From: an uncultured bacterium
GTDB taxonomy: Bacteria; Chloroflexota; UBA5177; JANWHV01
Direction of reading: 5' to 3'
DNA: 59,107 nt
Assembly: GCA_963729625.1 (NCBI GenBank)
Contig: CAVSOU010000001.1
Location: forward strand, 1 to 59,107
Shown: one piece after another, positions 19,682 through 29,614 of the stretch
How the letters are laid out: each line of letters begins with the position of its first letter
Position numbering within the stretch: position 1 is the first letter of the stretch
Made by a program: the position numbers and the translations under genes
Notes under the pieces: model-generated
The model's input: only the letters and a program-made list of their open reading frames with translations
Told to the model about the DNA's origin: nothing
The model's database searches: none

Positions 19682-21187
19682 ATGGCGATACAGACCATGC
19701 TGGATGAGTTTGAGGAAACCCTGCTGGGCGGTGACGAACCTCAGCTTGCGGCCATAAGCAAGCAGCTGTGGAAGTATCGGCGCCTGCTCCCGGACATGAT
19801 CGTAGAGCGATTTCACGCCGATCGTGTCAAGGTGCCGCGCGTCGCGTTCGAGCTCATCGGCGGCATGGCAGGCAGACGCGCGCCGGCGCTCTTGAAGCGG
19901 ATCGCCGCGGACGGCGCCGTCGCCGATATCGTGCGGTGGGGCGCGCGCCGGCGAGCAGGCTGGGCAGCGCGGGGGCAGCCCAAGGCGCGCCGGGCGTTCC
20001 TTGCGTCGCTGCTGGATCCCGATGATACGCTGGTCGAAGCGCTGCTACAGGCCGGCGACCGGAACCTCGCCGACGGTGAGATTTTGCAGGAAGTCCTGGC
20101 GTTCCTCCAAGTTCTCGGACCCGACCAGCGCCACGCGTTCGTGCGAGATGCACTTGAGCAACAGGTGCCCGCGCTGCCGTGGATTCTTCGCTGCTTGATA
20201 CACCTGGACGTCGATCCTGATCTGCAGATGCTTTGTATCTCGGCTCTGATCAATCTCTCGGATACCCGCGCGGTTGGGGCGTTGGATCGGGTAGCACGCT
20301 CCTCCCGCAACGTGGCTGTTCGACAAGAGGCAGAAGCGGCGGCACGGCGCCTGCGGTTCCAGGTCCTGCGGCCCGATTCCGCGGCGACTGTCTCGACTGA
20401 GCGTCCGTTGCCGGACCTTGAGCGCGTGATGTTGAGCTCGGTTGATGGGGATGGATCGCAGCTGCTCGCGCTGACGCGCCAATGGGCAACGCGCCAGTTC
20501 CTCATCGTCATGGTGTATTTGAACGACAGGGACGGCATCCGCGACATCCTGGGGGCGTCTCAGCGACCTTCACCTGAGGTTGGCGAGGCGCCGATTGAAG
20601 AGTTGGTTGAGCCGCCAATGGTCGAAATTGACGTGCAGGCAGCCCGTGGCGCTCTGGCAGCGGCCTACGAGACCGGCGTAGCAAAGGGACGCAAGCCGCC
20701 GCTGCACTACGAGCTCTGGGAACCGTATTTTCATGATCAGTTACCGCCGGCTGCGGATGAACAAGCGACCTCTGTCGAGATGGACGACACTCCCTTTGCA
20801 CACCGTCACGATCTCGTGCTCAGATCGGGTCAGCTGCTCGATCATCCGGCTTTTGCGTCGTGGCTCGTGGATTCGGAGCCAATCGCGGAATCGATAGGTC
20901 CGGAGTTCTTTGCCGGAAAGCGCGACATCCCGAAGTCACGATATGCCCAGCTCGTGAACACCCTGTTTGGAGGGGATACACGGGCTACGTTACGTGGACG
21001 ACTGCAGAGGCAGGCGTGGCTGCTCGATCGACAGCACGAGGGCACGCTGCGAGACATAGCGCTGGCCGCGGCCGCCGCACTGGCCGAGTCTGCCCCGGAC
21101 TCTCTGGTCGCGCATCCACTCCTGCGCGGGATCATTGGCCGCTCGTTGGATCAGTACATGGCAGCGCCGTTTATCGGGCTGTTCTGA
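19682..21187 (+). CDS. Hypothetical helical (HEAT-like repeat) protein
   Basis: Long ORF with HEAT-like segments (AVGALDRVA, VRQEAEAAARRL) and an SSVDGDGSQ beta region; start uncertain. Confidence 0.7.
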   Translation: MAIQTMLDEFEETLLGGDEPQLAAISKQLWKYRRLLPDMIVERFHADRVKVPRVAFELIGGMAGRRAPALLKRIAADGAVADIVRWGARRRAGWAARGQPKARRAFLASLLDPDDTLVEALLQAGDRNLADGEILQEVLAFLQVLGPDQRHAFVRDALEQQVPALPWILRCLIHLDVDPDLQMLCISALINLSDTRAVGALDRVARSSRNVAVRQEAEAAARRLRFQVLRPDSAATVSTERPLPDLERVMLSSVDGDGSQLLALTRQWATRQFLIVMVYLNDRDGIRDILGASQRPSPEVGEAPIEELVEPPMVEIDVQAARGALAAAYETGVAKGRKPPLHYELWEPYFHDQLPPAADEQATSVEMDDTPFAHRHDLVLRSGQLLDHPAFASWLVDSEPIAESIGPEFFAGKRDIPKSRYAQLVNTLFGGDTRATLRGRLQRQAWLLDRQHEGTLRDIALAAAAALAESAPDSLVAHPLLRGIIGRSLDQYMAAPFIGLF

Positions 21188-21296
21188 GCACCTGCATGGA
21201 ACGCGCCGCGGACCACTGGCCGAAGCGCCTCGAGGGATCGGGATCAGGTGTCGGTACGGTCTGTACGCCCGGGCGTGGCGCCGCGCCGGCCGGCTC

Positions 21297-24200
21297 ATGA
21301 GCGCCGGCCTCCTGCGCCGCGCCGTGCGCGTGGCGGTAGTCGTGCAAACTCTGATCGGCATCGCGGCCGGCGATCAGGATCGCCAGGCTTCCGCGGGCCG
21401 TGCCGGCAGCCATCCAGCGGTAGGTGCACGCCTGAACGCCACCCTCGGTCCCGTTCAGTACCAGTATCGCGCGCGACGTAGTTCGGCCGGCGACGTTGTG
21501 GAGTACTCGACCGACGGAGGCGCTCTATGGTCGACGTTGCTCGTTCCTGTCCCGGCGCTGTCGGGGCAAAGCAACGCCGGTGCCGCGGTATCGACGATCG
21601 GCTGCACACCCAGCTCCTACAGCAGCGTGCGCATACTCGCCGCGACCGGTACGAGTGGCAATAGCCCATTGTACATTGGTACGGCGGGCGCGGCCGGCGA
21701 CTACCTCGATCAGGGGTGCTCCAGCGCCGTCGGCGGAATCTTCATGAGCGCAGGTGGCAGCGCTCCGCCTGTCAGGCTCGGCGCTGATGGGCTTCCCTTC
21801 GCGCAGGACCCTGCTGGACGCACCATCCGCGCTTATGACGTCGACGCGGTGGTGCCGGCACTCGCCGCGGGAGTGATCTACGTGCATGCTTCCGACGGCA
21901 CTGGACCGGCATCGCCACCGGCCGGGCTGTACAAGACGATTGACGACGGGCTGCACTGGAGCGAGATCGACACCGGCTTGATGCCGAGCTCGATTATCAC
22001 CAACACCGCAGGCATGGCCGTTCCCATGTATGACAGCGGCCGGCTCACGGTTGACCCGGAGAATCCGAATCAGCTGAGCTTCGTCAACGACACCGGCAGC
22101 TACCAGAGCAATGACGGCGGCGCTACCTGGCGAGTGCCGGGCGCGTCCGCTCCCCTTGTGCCCACGGCCACGGAGACCCCGCAAGCCTCTCCTACTGCCG
22201 CGTCAGCCTCCGCGCTGCCCGGATCGGCAGGTCAGACCGCCGGGGCCTTGCCGGCAGGCTGGAGCTGGCAGCAGCTGGTCGCCGCCGGTCCGCCGGCCAG
22301 CCGCCAGGACGCGGCAATGGCCTGGGACCCAGCCGGGCATCTGCTGTTCGTTTTCGGCGGCACCAACCCGGACACTCCGCAGGTATTTAGCGATCTGTGG
22401 TCGTATTCGCCGGCCTCGAACATCTGGACGCAGTATCCGATAGCCGGCCCGGCCGCGCGATCCGGTGCGGGGATGGTGTGGGACCCCAATGATAGCGAGC
22501 TGATCGTGTTCGGCGGGCAGAACGGCACTACGTACATGAATGATGTCTGGGCCTTCAGGCCGTCGTCCGGCAGCTGGGTACAGCTCTCGGCGCCCGGAGC
22601 GCTGGGCGCGCCGTCAGCGCGATCGCACGCGGTTGTCGCCTGGGAAAGTGGGACGTACAGCCGGCTGCTCGTCTTCGCCGGCCAGACGACTCCCGGCTTC
22701 GTGAACGATCTCTGGGCGTTTGCGCCTGGCGCGAGCACAGGCGTATGGACGCAGATTTCGCCCGATGACTCCACCTGCACGACCACCTGTCCCATGCGGC
22801 GCTCCTCCGCGCTGGGGACCTGGGACGACGTGGTGCAGCGCCTGGTCGTGTTCGGCGGCCGGGACACGGCGAACAGTGTGGTCAGCGATTCCTGGGTCTG
22901 GACGCCCAACGGTCCGTCCGCGGGCACATGGGCGAATACGAATCTTGGGCCGCAGCCTGCCGGCCGGGCAGAAACGCAGATGGCGATGGACGACACGCAC
23001 GGCATTGTAGTGATTGGTCCCGGAATCGGCATGGTCAATCCCGCCGGCTCTTCTGCCACCGACAACGTGAACGACGTGTGGGAAGGCGTCGGCGATCTGA
23101 CGGGCTGGCAGCCACTGCCCGTCGCTGCCTCGCCGCAGCCGCTGCAGCGGCGGCTTACCACCTGGGCGTGGGACGGTACCGATGGCGCCTTCTTCATGTT
23201 CGGCGGCAGGGCCATCAACGGGGTCGCCGCGTCCAACGACTTGTGGCGGCTCGCGCCGTCGGGTCCGGTGGCGACATACACGCCGACGCCGTCGGCGCAG
23301 GTCACGCCCGGGTTGGACGAAGGCTGGGCCGTGGACAACAACGGCAACGTGATCCAGACCGACCAGCAAATCGCTCTCACCGGTAGCGCCGGCGCCCGTT
23401 TCGTGCGGGTGAACTTCAGACTGGGAAATGCAAGCGACTGGACGAACGCCACATATCTGGCTGCCTATGACACGGTGGTGAACAACTACGCGAAAGCGGG
23501 CATCCAGGTGCTGGGCCTGATCAATCAGGAAGCGACCAAGGACTCCAACCAGGTCGACTGGACCGCGGGCAACGTGGAAAATGGGCAGGGAACAGGAAGT
23601 AACCCCTTCATTCAAACGACATATGTTCAGGGTGCGGTCGTGCCGCTGTTGGCCCATTTCGGGGATCGCGTGAAGTACTGGGAGCTGTGGAACGAGCCGA
23701 ACAGCTATTCGTCATGCAACGGCACCGTGTGCACAGGCGGCACGTTCATCTATCCGTCCAACTTCGCGGCGCTCCTGGTCGACTCGTACACCGCGGTCAA
23801 GGATGCGTCCGGCCTGGGCCGGAGCGACGTGACGCTCATCTCGGGCGGCCTGTTCGGCCACAGCATCGGCGGCACGTTCAGTCTTGACAACGCAGGCGCC
23901 ACCTACTTGAGCAATACATTCAAGACAGGCGTCACCAACGGAACCTGGTCCGCGTTTGCTGCCGCGCATTCCGGGAGGTACCCGCTTGACGGGATCGGGC
24001 AACACCTCTACGTCGACCAGAACCTGATCACCACCGCTTCGGATTTGACTACCTACTATGCCGCCGTGAAGGACGCCGTTGCTGCCTACGAGACGCCGCC
24101 GCAGACATACCTCACCGAGGGCGCTTGGCCGGCCCCGGGCCTGACCCAAGACGTTCAGGCCGAGAACCTCGACATCCTCTTCGGCGCCACGAGGTCGACC

Positions 24201-25016
24201 GGCTTCGTGCCTCGCCTCACCTGGTTTGAGCTGCAGGACGTGCCGTCGTCGGGCCTCTACTTCGGCCTGGCCCAATCCGCTCCGACGCCGAAGGTCTCGT
24301 ACTTCCACTATCAGGTTCAGGCTCTGTCTGGACAGGCGACCGCCACGACGACGCCAACCATGACGGCCACCCGTACCGGCACGCCCACGGCGTCGAGCAC
24401 GCCCACCGTGACGCGAACGCCGACGCAAACTCCGATCCCGACGCCGACCATCGTCACGTTGCAGATCGACGCGGGCTGGAACGCGATCGCGCTTCCGCTC
24501 AGGCCAACCGTGCCGCTCTGGGCCGATGCGCTGCTCTCGAGCCTGCTGCAACGATCGGGCGGGAGCTACGCGGAGGTCGCGGGATTCACTGGCGGCCAGT
24601 GGAGTCAATTCGAATATCGCGATACCACGATTCAGGGTAACGTTGGTGGTACCGGTGATTTTCAGCTGCAGCTAGGCGTCGGCTACGCCGTGTACAGTGA
24701 CAAAGTGGGAAGTGTCGAGGTCGACGGTGTGCCGTCCGGTATGGTCAACTTCTCGGTCTCACCCGGCTGGAATCTGGTAGGGTTCCCGGACGCGACTGTG
24801 CAGGCGTCCGACGCGTACGGGCTTCTGGACACGCTGCTCCTCCTGAGCGGGGGACGCTATGCGGAGATCAGCGGCTATCGCGGCGGCCGTTGGGTGCCCT
24901 TCGCGTACGACGACCATTCTACTGGCGGGCTTGGCAAGGGTCCACGCGACTTCACGCTACGGGCTGGCCAGGGGTACGCCCTGCTCATGGACGCGGCTGC
25001 CACTGCCACGTTGTAG
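21297..25016 (+). CDS. Secreted multidomain protein: BNR repeats, Kelch propeller, clan GH-A catalytic domain, Thr/Pro linker and two GWN repeats
   Basis: STDGG/TIDDG/SNDGG boxes; about six FGG...ND.W Kelch repeats; WELWNEPN and YLTEG catalytic Glu motifs; GWNAIALP and GWNLVGFP; start uncertain. Confidence 0.82.
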   Translation: MSAGLLRRAVRVAVVVQTLIGIAAGDQDRQASAGRAGSHPAVGARLNATLGPVQYQYRARRSSAGDVVEYSTDGGALWSTLLVPVPALSGQSNAGAAVSTIGCTPSSYSSVRILAATGTSGNSPLYIGTAGAAGDYLDQGCSSAVGGIFMSAGGSAPPVRLGADGLPFAQDPAGRTIRAYDVDAVVPALAAGVIYVHASDGTGPASPPAGLYKTIDDGLHWSEIDTGLMPSSIITNTAGMAVPMYDSGRLTVDPENPNQLSFVNDTGSYQSNDGGATWRVPGASAPLVPTATETPQASPTAASASALPGSAGQTAGALPAGWSWQQLVAAGPPASRQDAAMAWDPAGHLLFVFGGTNPDTPQVFSDLWSYSPASNIWTQYPIAGPAARSGAGMVWDPNDSELIVFGGQNGTTYMNDVWAFRPSSGSWVQLSAPGALGAPSARSHAVVAWESGTYSRLLVFAGQTTPGFVNDLWAFAPGASTGVWTQISPDDSTCTTTCPMRRSSALGTWDDVVQRLVVFGGRDTANSVVSDSWVWTPNGPSAGTWANTNLGPQPAGRAETQMAMDDTHGIVVIGPGIGMVNPAGSSATDNVNDVWEGVGDLTGWQPLPVAASPQPLQRRLTTWAWDGTDGAFFMFGGRAINGVAASNDLWRLAPSGPVATYTPTPSAQVTPGLDEGWAVDNNGNVIQTDQQIALTGSAGARFVRVNFRLGNASDWTNATYLAAYDTVVNNYAKAGIQVLGLINQEATKDSNQVDWTAGNVENGQGTGSNPFIQTTYVQGAVVPLLAHFGDRVKYWELWNEPNSYSSCNGTVCTGGTFIYPSNFAALLVDSYTAVKDASGLGRSDVTLISGGLFGHSIGGTFSLDNAGATYLSNTFKTGVTNGTWSAFAAAHSGRYPLDGIGQHLYVDQNLITTASDLTTYYAAVKDAVAAYETPPQTYLTEGAWPAPGLTQDVQAENLDILFGATRSTGFVPRLTWFELQDVPSSGLYFGLAQSAPTPKVSYFHYQVQALSGQATATTTPTMTATRTGTPTASSTPTVTRTPTQTPIPTPTIVTLQIDAGWNAIALPLRPTVPLWADALLSSLLQRSGGSYAEVAGFTGGQWSQFEYRDTTIQGNVGGTGDFQLQLGVGYAVYSDKVGSVEVDGVPSGMVNFSVSPGWNLVGFPDATVQASDAYGLLDTLLLLSGGRYAEISGYRGGRWVPFAYDDHSTGGLGKGPRDFTLRAGQGYALLMDAAATATL

Positions 25017-25201
25017 TCGACTCGGCGACGCCCTGCTGTGCCGGCATTCCGCCGCGAGCTTCGCCGTAATCCGCCGTGCTCCGGGCTGGCCCGCCTGGCC
25101 CGTTAGGCGACCTCGCGAGGCAACGGTTGGCTGCCCAGGAATCGAGCTCGTCGCGATTGTGGAGAGCTTGCGATGCCTCCCGATGCGGAATGGGCGTCGT
25201 C

Positions 25202-25741
25202 CTACCAGGTCTCCCGGTGCAGGTAGTCTTCGAGCCGATCAGGCTCGCGGTGCTCCGCGGGCGCCGCGGGCACGCCGATTGGAATGACGACGAGCGGGAT
25301 CGCGTCTTCAGGAATCGAAAGGATCTCGCGGACCGCGCGGACGAGCTCTTCGACGGGGTATACCGCGGTCCATACCGCGCCCAGGCCGAGGCTGTTTACC
25401 GCTACGAGCATGTTCTCGGTCGAAGCGGCGCAGTCGACGGTCCAGAAACGCGGCGCAGTGTCCAGGTTTTTCTTGGGCAGCCCACAGACCACAAACGCGG
25501 CAGCCGCTGTCGACAGCATCTTGGCGTACGGCAGTGCGTCGCACAGGCGGTCGAGCAGGTCTCGGCGCCGTACAAGGATCAGGGCGCGGGGACGCCCGTT
25601 ATTGGCCGAAGGCGCGGCAACACCGGCTTCCGCGATGGCTAGCAGCGCTTCCTCGTCCACCGGCTCGCCGGTGAATAACCTGATGCTGCGCCTGCTGAGG
25701 ATACACTCGATGACCGGATTCTGGATCTTCATACGCTTCAT
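25202..25741 (-). CDS. Nitroreductase family protein
   Basis: RRSIRLF, AAPSANN, DCAASTENMLVA..SLGLGAVW. Confidence 0.92.
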   Translation of the reverse strand: MKRMKIQNPVIECILSRRSIRLFTGEPVDEEALLAIAEAGVAAPSANNGRPRALILVRRRDLLDRLCDALPYAKMLSTAAAAFVVCGLPKKNLDTAPRFWTVDCAASTENMLVAVNSLGLGAVWTAVYPVEELVRAVREILSIPEDAIPLVVIPIGVPAAPAEHREPDRLEDYLHRETW

Positions 25742-26000
25742 CTGCCCCCGGCTTTACATAGAGTGACGCTAGTTGGACCACTCTTCCATATCCGCTAGTC
25801 TACGACCTCCGCTCGTCCCTCGACAATGGCACGCTGATTCCAGCGCCGTCGCGCCGTGCTTCAGCCGGGCATGCCTGACAGTCTTCGCTCAACCGGCGCA
25901 CCGCGGCACCCCATGCACGAAGAAAACGCCGAAATCGCCGGCTGATCGTCATGCACGTGAGCGGCCGCGGCATCGCCATGTCAGGAGGGACTGTCGCGGG

Positions 26001-26459
26001 CTACCCGCTCCGCAGCACGCTCAACCCAACCAGGCCGGGATCGGGCCAACGGGACGCAAACGCTCCAACCCGGACGCGCTTCGGCGGATATGAGTCGATC
26101 CAGCCTTTCATGTCCGGCGCCCAGCTATCCGCGTCAGCGGTCACCAACTCCGCTTGGTCCCGCCCCATCCCGTCTCTTTCGTGCTGCCGGAGGACCTCGC
26201 CGTAGGCTGCGGCGTCAATCACAATGTGCGTGCCGTCGCTCTGTTTCCCGTGATAGCGGCCATCGCGGCTGTCGAAGCGAAGCGGCTGTTTCGGCCTCAG
26301 GTCCGGCTCCGATGGAGGGGCGTGGCGGTCAAGCCACTCATAAATGGCGGCAACGGCGGCGTCCGCGGCGGTCAGCCCTTCGTCCCTGGCGACGGTACGA
26401 AGTTGATCAAGCAGAGAGGGCGGCACGGCAATTGCCGCTTCACGTAGGTCGTCTGTCAT
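26001..26459 (-). CDS. Hypothetical protein with possible ribbon-helix-helix N-terminus
   Basis: IAVPPSLLDQLRTVARDEG...AIYEWL pattern; GGAG upstream of MTDDL. Confidence 0.55.
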   Translation of the reverse strand: MTDDLREAAIAVPPSLLDQLRTVARDEGLTAADAAVAAIYEWLDRHAPPSEPDLRPKQPLRFDSRDGRYHGKQSDGTHIVIDAAAYGEVLRQHERDGMGRDQAELVTADADSWAPDMKGWIDSYPPKRVRVGAFASRWPDPGLVGLSVLRSG

Positions 26460-26922
26460 CGAATGGAGTCTCCGTGTACGGTAACCCGCGAACGCGCGTG
26501 CGGGACGCACGTGCGGGGTGTCGAACTGGTTCATGATGATCGTTCCTCGCAACTTTAAGCGAGCTCCTGCGATAGCGCAGCGGTGAGCCTCCCGGAAGGA
26601 GGCGTTCACGCACTTGGATCGCGTGGCGTTGATTGGGGGTGCATGCCGGTCAGCATCGACCCTTCAATCGTCGTAAGTATTGACCACCGTCCGGCAGAGT
26701 TTCAGGGCCCTTACTGCCAGCAGTGCTTCAGTTCAGCCAGGCCACCTGATGCGCGGCCGAGGCGTGGTGCCCGGTGGACTTGCCGGTCCGCCGGCGACGT
26801 CGTTTTGTGACCGCCGATCGGTCTGTCCAACTCCACCATAGCAGGTCCCCACCTATACTGTCGCAACGACTCATTGCATATGGAGTCGGTGCGTGTGCCG
26901 TCCAGAGCGCTAACGTGACAGG

Positions 26923-27141
26923 TGCTACAATTTTCGCTGCATGCCGTCATGCTGCCCCGCGGTCTGGCGCTCGCGGAGTCGGTCAGGTGGAGTACCCCAC
27001 GCTGGTAGATGACCACTGCGGCGTCGCACCAGGGGAGGCGACACTGCAAAGTACGCGAGCAACGCCGGGTAGCAGAGGCAAAGATACCGCACGGCACGAA
27101 CCCAGTCGAGGGTTTCACAGGATAGAAGAGAGGCTGGTCTG
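26923..27141 (+). promoter_or_regulatory. Extended -10 (TGcTACAAT) followed by a ~200-nt structured leader
   Basis: -10 at 26923-26931; nested inverted repeats between 26964 and 27068. Confidence 0.4.
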
Positions 27142-28050
27142 ATGACTCCTGCATCGACTTCGGAAGAACGTGGGGCGCCCTTGATTGCATGCGGTCGCTC
27201 GGTGGCGAGCCTTCCGCCAGGGCTGGAGGACGACCTGGCCCAGGTGGTGGCCGCCGGTTACACTGCCGCGGAGCTCTCGGTCGAGAAGCTGCACTGCATC
27301 ATAGGTGGGCGTCTGATCGAGCGAAACGTGGCGCGCGTGGCGGAAATCTGCGCCGGCTTTTCCTCCTCCCTCGCGTTCAGTGTCCACTCTCCTGCCGTGC
27401 TCGATCTGCGTCACCAGAAGTACCCCGATCTCCACCGGGATATCTTGTTGTGCGCGGTGCGTTTTTCCGGGGCGGTAGGAGCCAGAGTGCTCGTAGTCCA
27501 TTATGAAGCACGGAGCGACGATCCTGCGGTGGAAGGGCAATTCCGGTCCGCGATCGAGGCGGCCGCGGAGCTGGCGGGCCGGCACGGCCTCGTGTTGGGC
27601 ATCGAGAACATCGAGGTCGAGCGCACCGAGCGAGTGATCGAGTTTGTTGAACATCTGGCGCACCCGTTCGTGCGCATGACCTATGACTTCGCGCACGATT
27701 ACCTGGCGTCCGACCTGTTCGGTTACGACCACCTGCAATCGGCCCGCGCCTGCGTGCCGTACGCCGCGCACTTGCATCTCACCGATAATTTCGGTCGCTT
27801 CAACATGGCCCGATTGGGTGATTGGACTCAGTATCAAGCCACTCCCTTCGCCGACATCAATGTCACCGGCCTCGGCGATACGCATCTGCCGTTAGGCTGG
27901 GGCACATTGCCGGCCCATGCCATATTCAGCCTGTTCGCCGAGCATGGCTATCGGGGCCTGCTGATCAGTGAGCACAGGAGGAATGCGTTCGCCGACTATG
28001 ACGCGGAGGTGTGCCGGGCAATGCAGGCACTTGCTGCCACGGCCAAGTAG
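27142..28050 (+). CDS. Sugar phosphate isomerase/AP endonuclease 2 family TIM barrel
   Basis: SVHSP, IENIE, YDFAH, HLHLTDNFG, DTHLPLGWG, ISEH. Confidence 0.88.
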   Translation: MTPASTSEERGAPLIACGRSVASLPPGLEDDLAQVVAAGYTAAELSVEKLHCIIGGRLIERNVARVAEICAGFSSSLAFSVHSPAVLDLRHQKYPDLHRDILLCAVRFSGAVGARVLVVHYEARSDDPAVEGQFRSAIEAAAELAGRHGLVLGIENIEVERTERVIEFVEHLAHPFVRMTYDFAHDYLASDLFGYDHLQSARACVPYAAHLHLTDNFGRFNMARLGDWTQYQATPFADINVTGLGDTHLPLGWGTLPAHAIFSLFAEHGYRGLLISEHRRNAFADYDAEVCRAMQALAATAK

Positions 28051-28359
28051 CATGCGCTGCGGCTTCGATCACAGCACGGCGCTGGGCCAATGTACCTATG
28101 GCCGCCAGGAAGAGCGGGATCGCCCACCCATCGCAGGCGGCCCGCCGCCGGTGGACCGGTTGCTGTCCTGGGTAGGAGCTCGGGGTTGCGCTCTAAGCGT
28201 GAGCCTGCTAGCGTAGACGTTAGCTGGGCGGGCTCCGGTCTGCTGCTGCCGTCGAAGAATGCCTGAGATTGCGGTCCAGATTTCGGGCTTTGAACGCTCC
28301 GACCGGAGTCCGCTTGGGGTAACCTGGGGAAGGTGACTAGTTGGGGAGGAGTTGCAGCG

Positions 28360-29535
28360 ATGCTTTCTCGGTCAAACCCGATCATTCGATGCCTGGGAGC
28401 ACTGGCGCTGACCTCTGCCATGCTGCTGGGAGCCGGCTACTCGCACCCGGCCCGTGCGGCCAGCAGTTCGAACATCTACATCGTGACCCTTGCCGACACG
28501 AACGTGGAATCGCTCTTCCGTGACACGTACATTGCCGATTTCTCCAAGGCCTATCCGCAATACAACGTGACCTACACCAACATCCTGCACGGCACTAACG
28601 CGCAGCAGCTGGTCGTCGACAACCTCACCGCGGCGATAGCAACGCACCAGAAGAGTGTGCCCTACGACATCTTTGAGGATACCCCGCTCAACTACACGTA
28701 TCCCGTGGGGAAGACCTTCAAAGACTATTTCCAGCCGGTGAACGCGACCAACGTGCCGGCCGCCGCGAAGGTCGATCCAGCTGTGCTTGCCCAAGCGTTC
28801 GGCTACGGCATCCCCTACCGAGGCTCCTCGGTGGTGCTTGCGTACAATAGCCTGAAGGTCAAGAATCCGCCCACGACCTTCGCGGACTTGCTCGCTTGGA
28901 TTCAGGCCAATCCGGGCAAGTTCACGTACTGCGACCCCAATGACGGCGGATCGGGAGCGCTCTTTGTCGCCGGCGCCATACGCTCGGTCATGGATCCCAC
29001 CGTATACGCCAAGCTGGACTCGACTCCCTATAACAAGGCCAACGAGGTGGACTGGCCGAAGGCATGGGCACTGCTCAAGTCAATCGACGGCGACATGTTC
29101 CAGCACGGTTTCCACCCAACCGGCAATCTGCCCGTGCTGAACCTGCTGGCCAGGGGTACGATCACCGTGGCGACCGTGTGGTCCGACCAGAGCCTCTCAG
29201 CGCAGAGCGCGGGGACGCTGCCCAAGTACATCAAGCTCACGGAGATCAATCCTCCCCTCCCCGGTAGCGATACGTTCCTTGCGGTGCCGAAGCTGGCACA
29301 GAATCCGGCCGGGGCCAGAGCGTTTATAAACTTCATTCTGTCGCCTGCCGAGCAGGCGAAAATGGTGGTCGCGCTCTCAGGCTTCCCGGCCATCCAGGTG
29401 AAGTACATGTCTAGCTCGATCGTCAAGACCATCGGCGCGATCGATACGGGCTACGATACGCATTTCGAACCTGGCGGTCTCTACTACAAGGACATGCAGA
29501 AATTGTGGTCGAGGAACGTGCCTTCAGGAAGCTAG
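28360..29535 (+). CDS. ABC importer extracellular solute-binding protein
   Basis: Signal peptide ending ARA; LAYNS, LLAWIQANPGKFTY, ARAFINFILSPAEQ; GGAGG RBS. Confidence 0.88.
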   Translation: MLSRSNPIIRCLGALALTSAMLLGAGYSHPARAASSSNIYIVTLADTNVESLFRDTYIADFSKAYPQYNVTYTNILHGTNAQQLVVDNLTAAIATHQKSVPYDIFEDTPLNYTYPVGKTFKDYFQPVNATNVPAAAKVDPAVLAQAFGYGIPYRGSSVVLAYNSLKVKNPPTTFADLLAWIQANPGKFTYCDPNDGGSGALFVAGAIRSVMDPTVYAKLDSTPYNKANEVDWPKAWALLKSIDGDMFQHGFHPTGNLPVLNLLARGTITVATVWSDQSLSAQSAGTLPKYIKLTEINPPLPGSDTFLAVPKLAQNPAGARAFINFILSPAEQAKMVVALSGFPAIQVKYMSSSIVKTIGAIDTGYDTHFEPGGLYYKDMQKLWSRNVPSGS

Positions 29536-29614
29536 AGCAGTGCTACTCGGTCCACGACATCGAATGCCTTGCGCTTGGCGGCAGGCGCCGGAGCGTTCGC
29601 AGCGGGGCCTTTAG

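Noticed and set aside
24337-24450. ACG/CCG-rich quasi-repeat
   Set aside because: Encodes an ordinary Thr/Pro linker
27139-27153. CTGATGACTCCT resembling the 3' end of a fluoride riboswitch or a hammerhead core
   Set aside because: No matching 5' GGCGATGGAGT segment or GAAA core at suitable distance; it overlaps the start codon
28195-28310. Inverted repeats upstream of the solute-binding protein gene
   Set aside because: Short GC-rich pairings with no known riboswitch motif; likely chance or an intercistronic stabiliser
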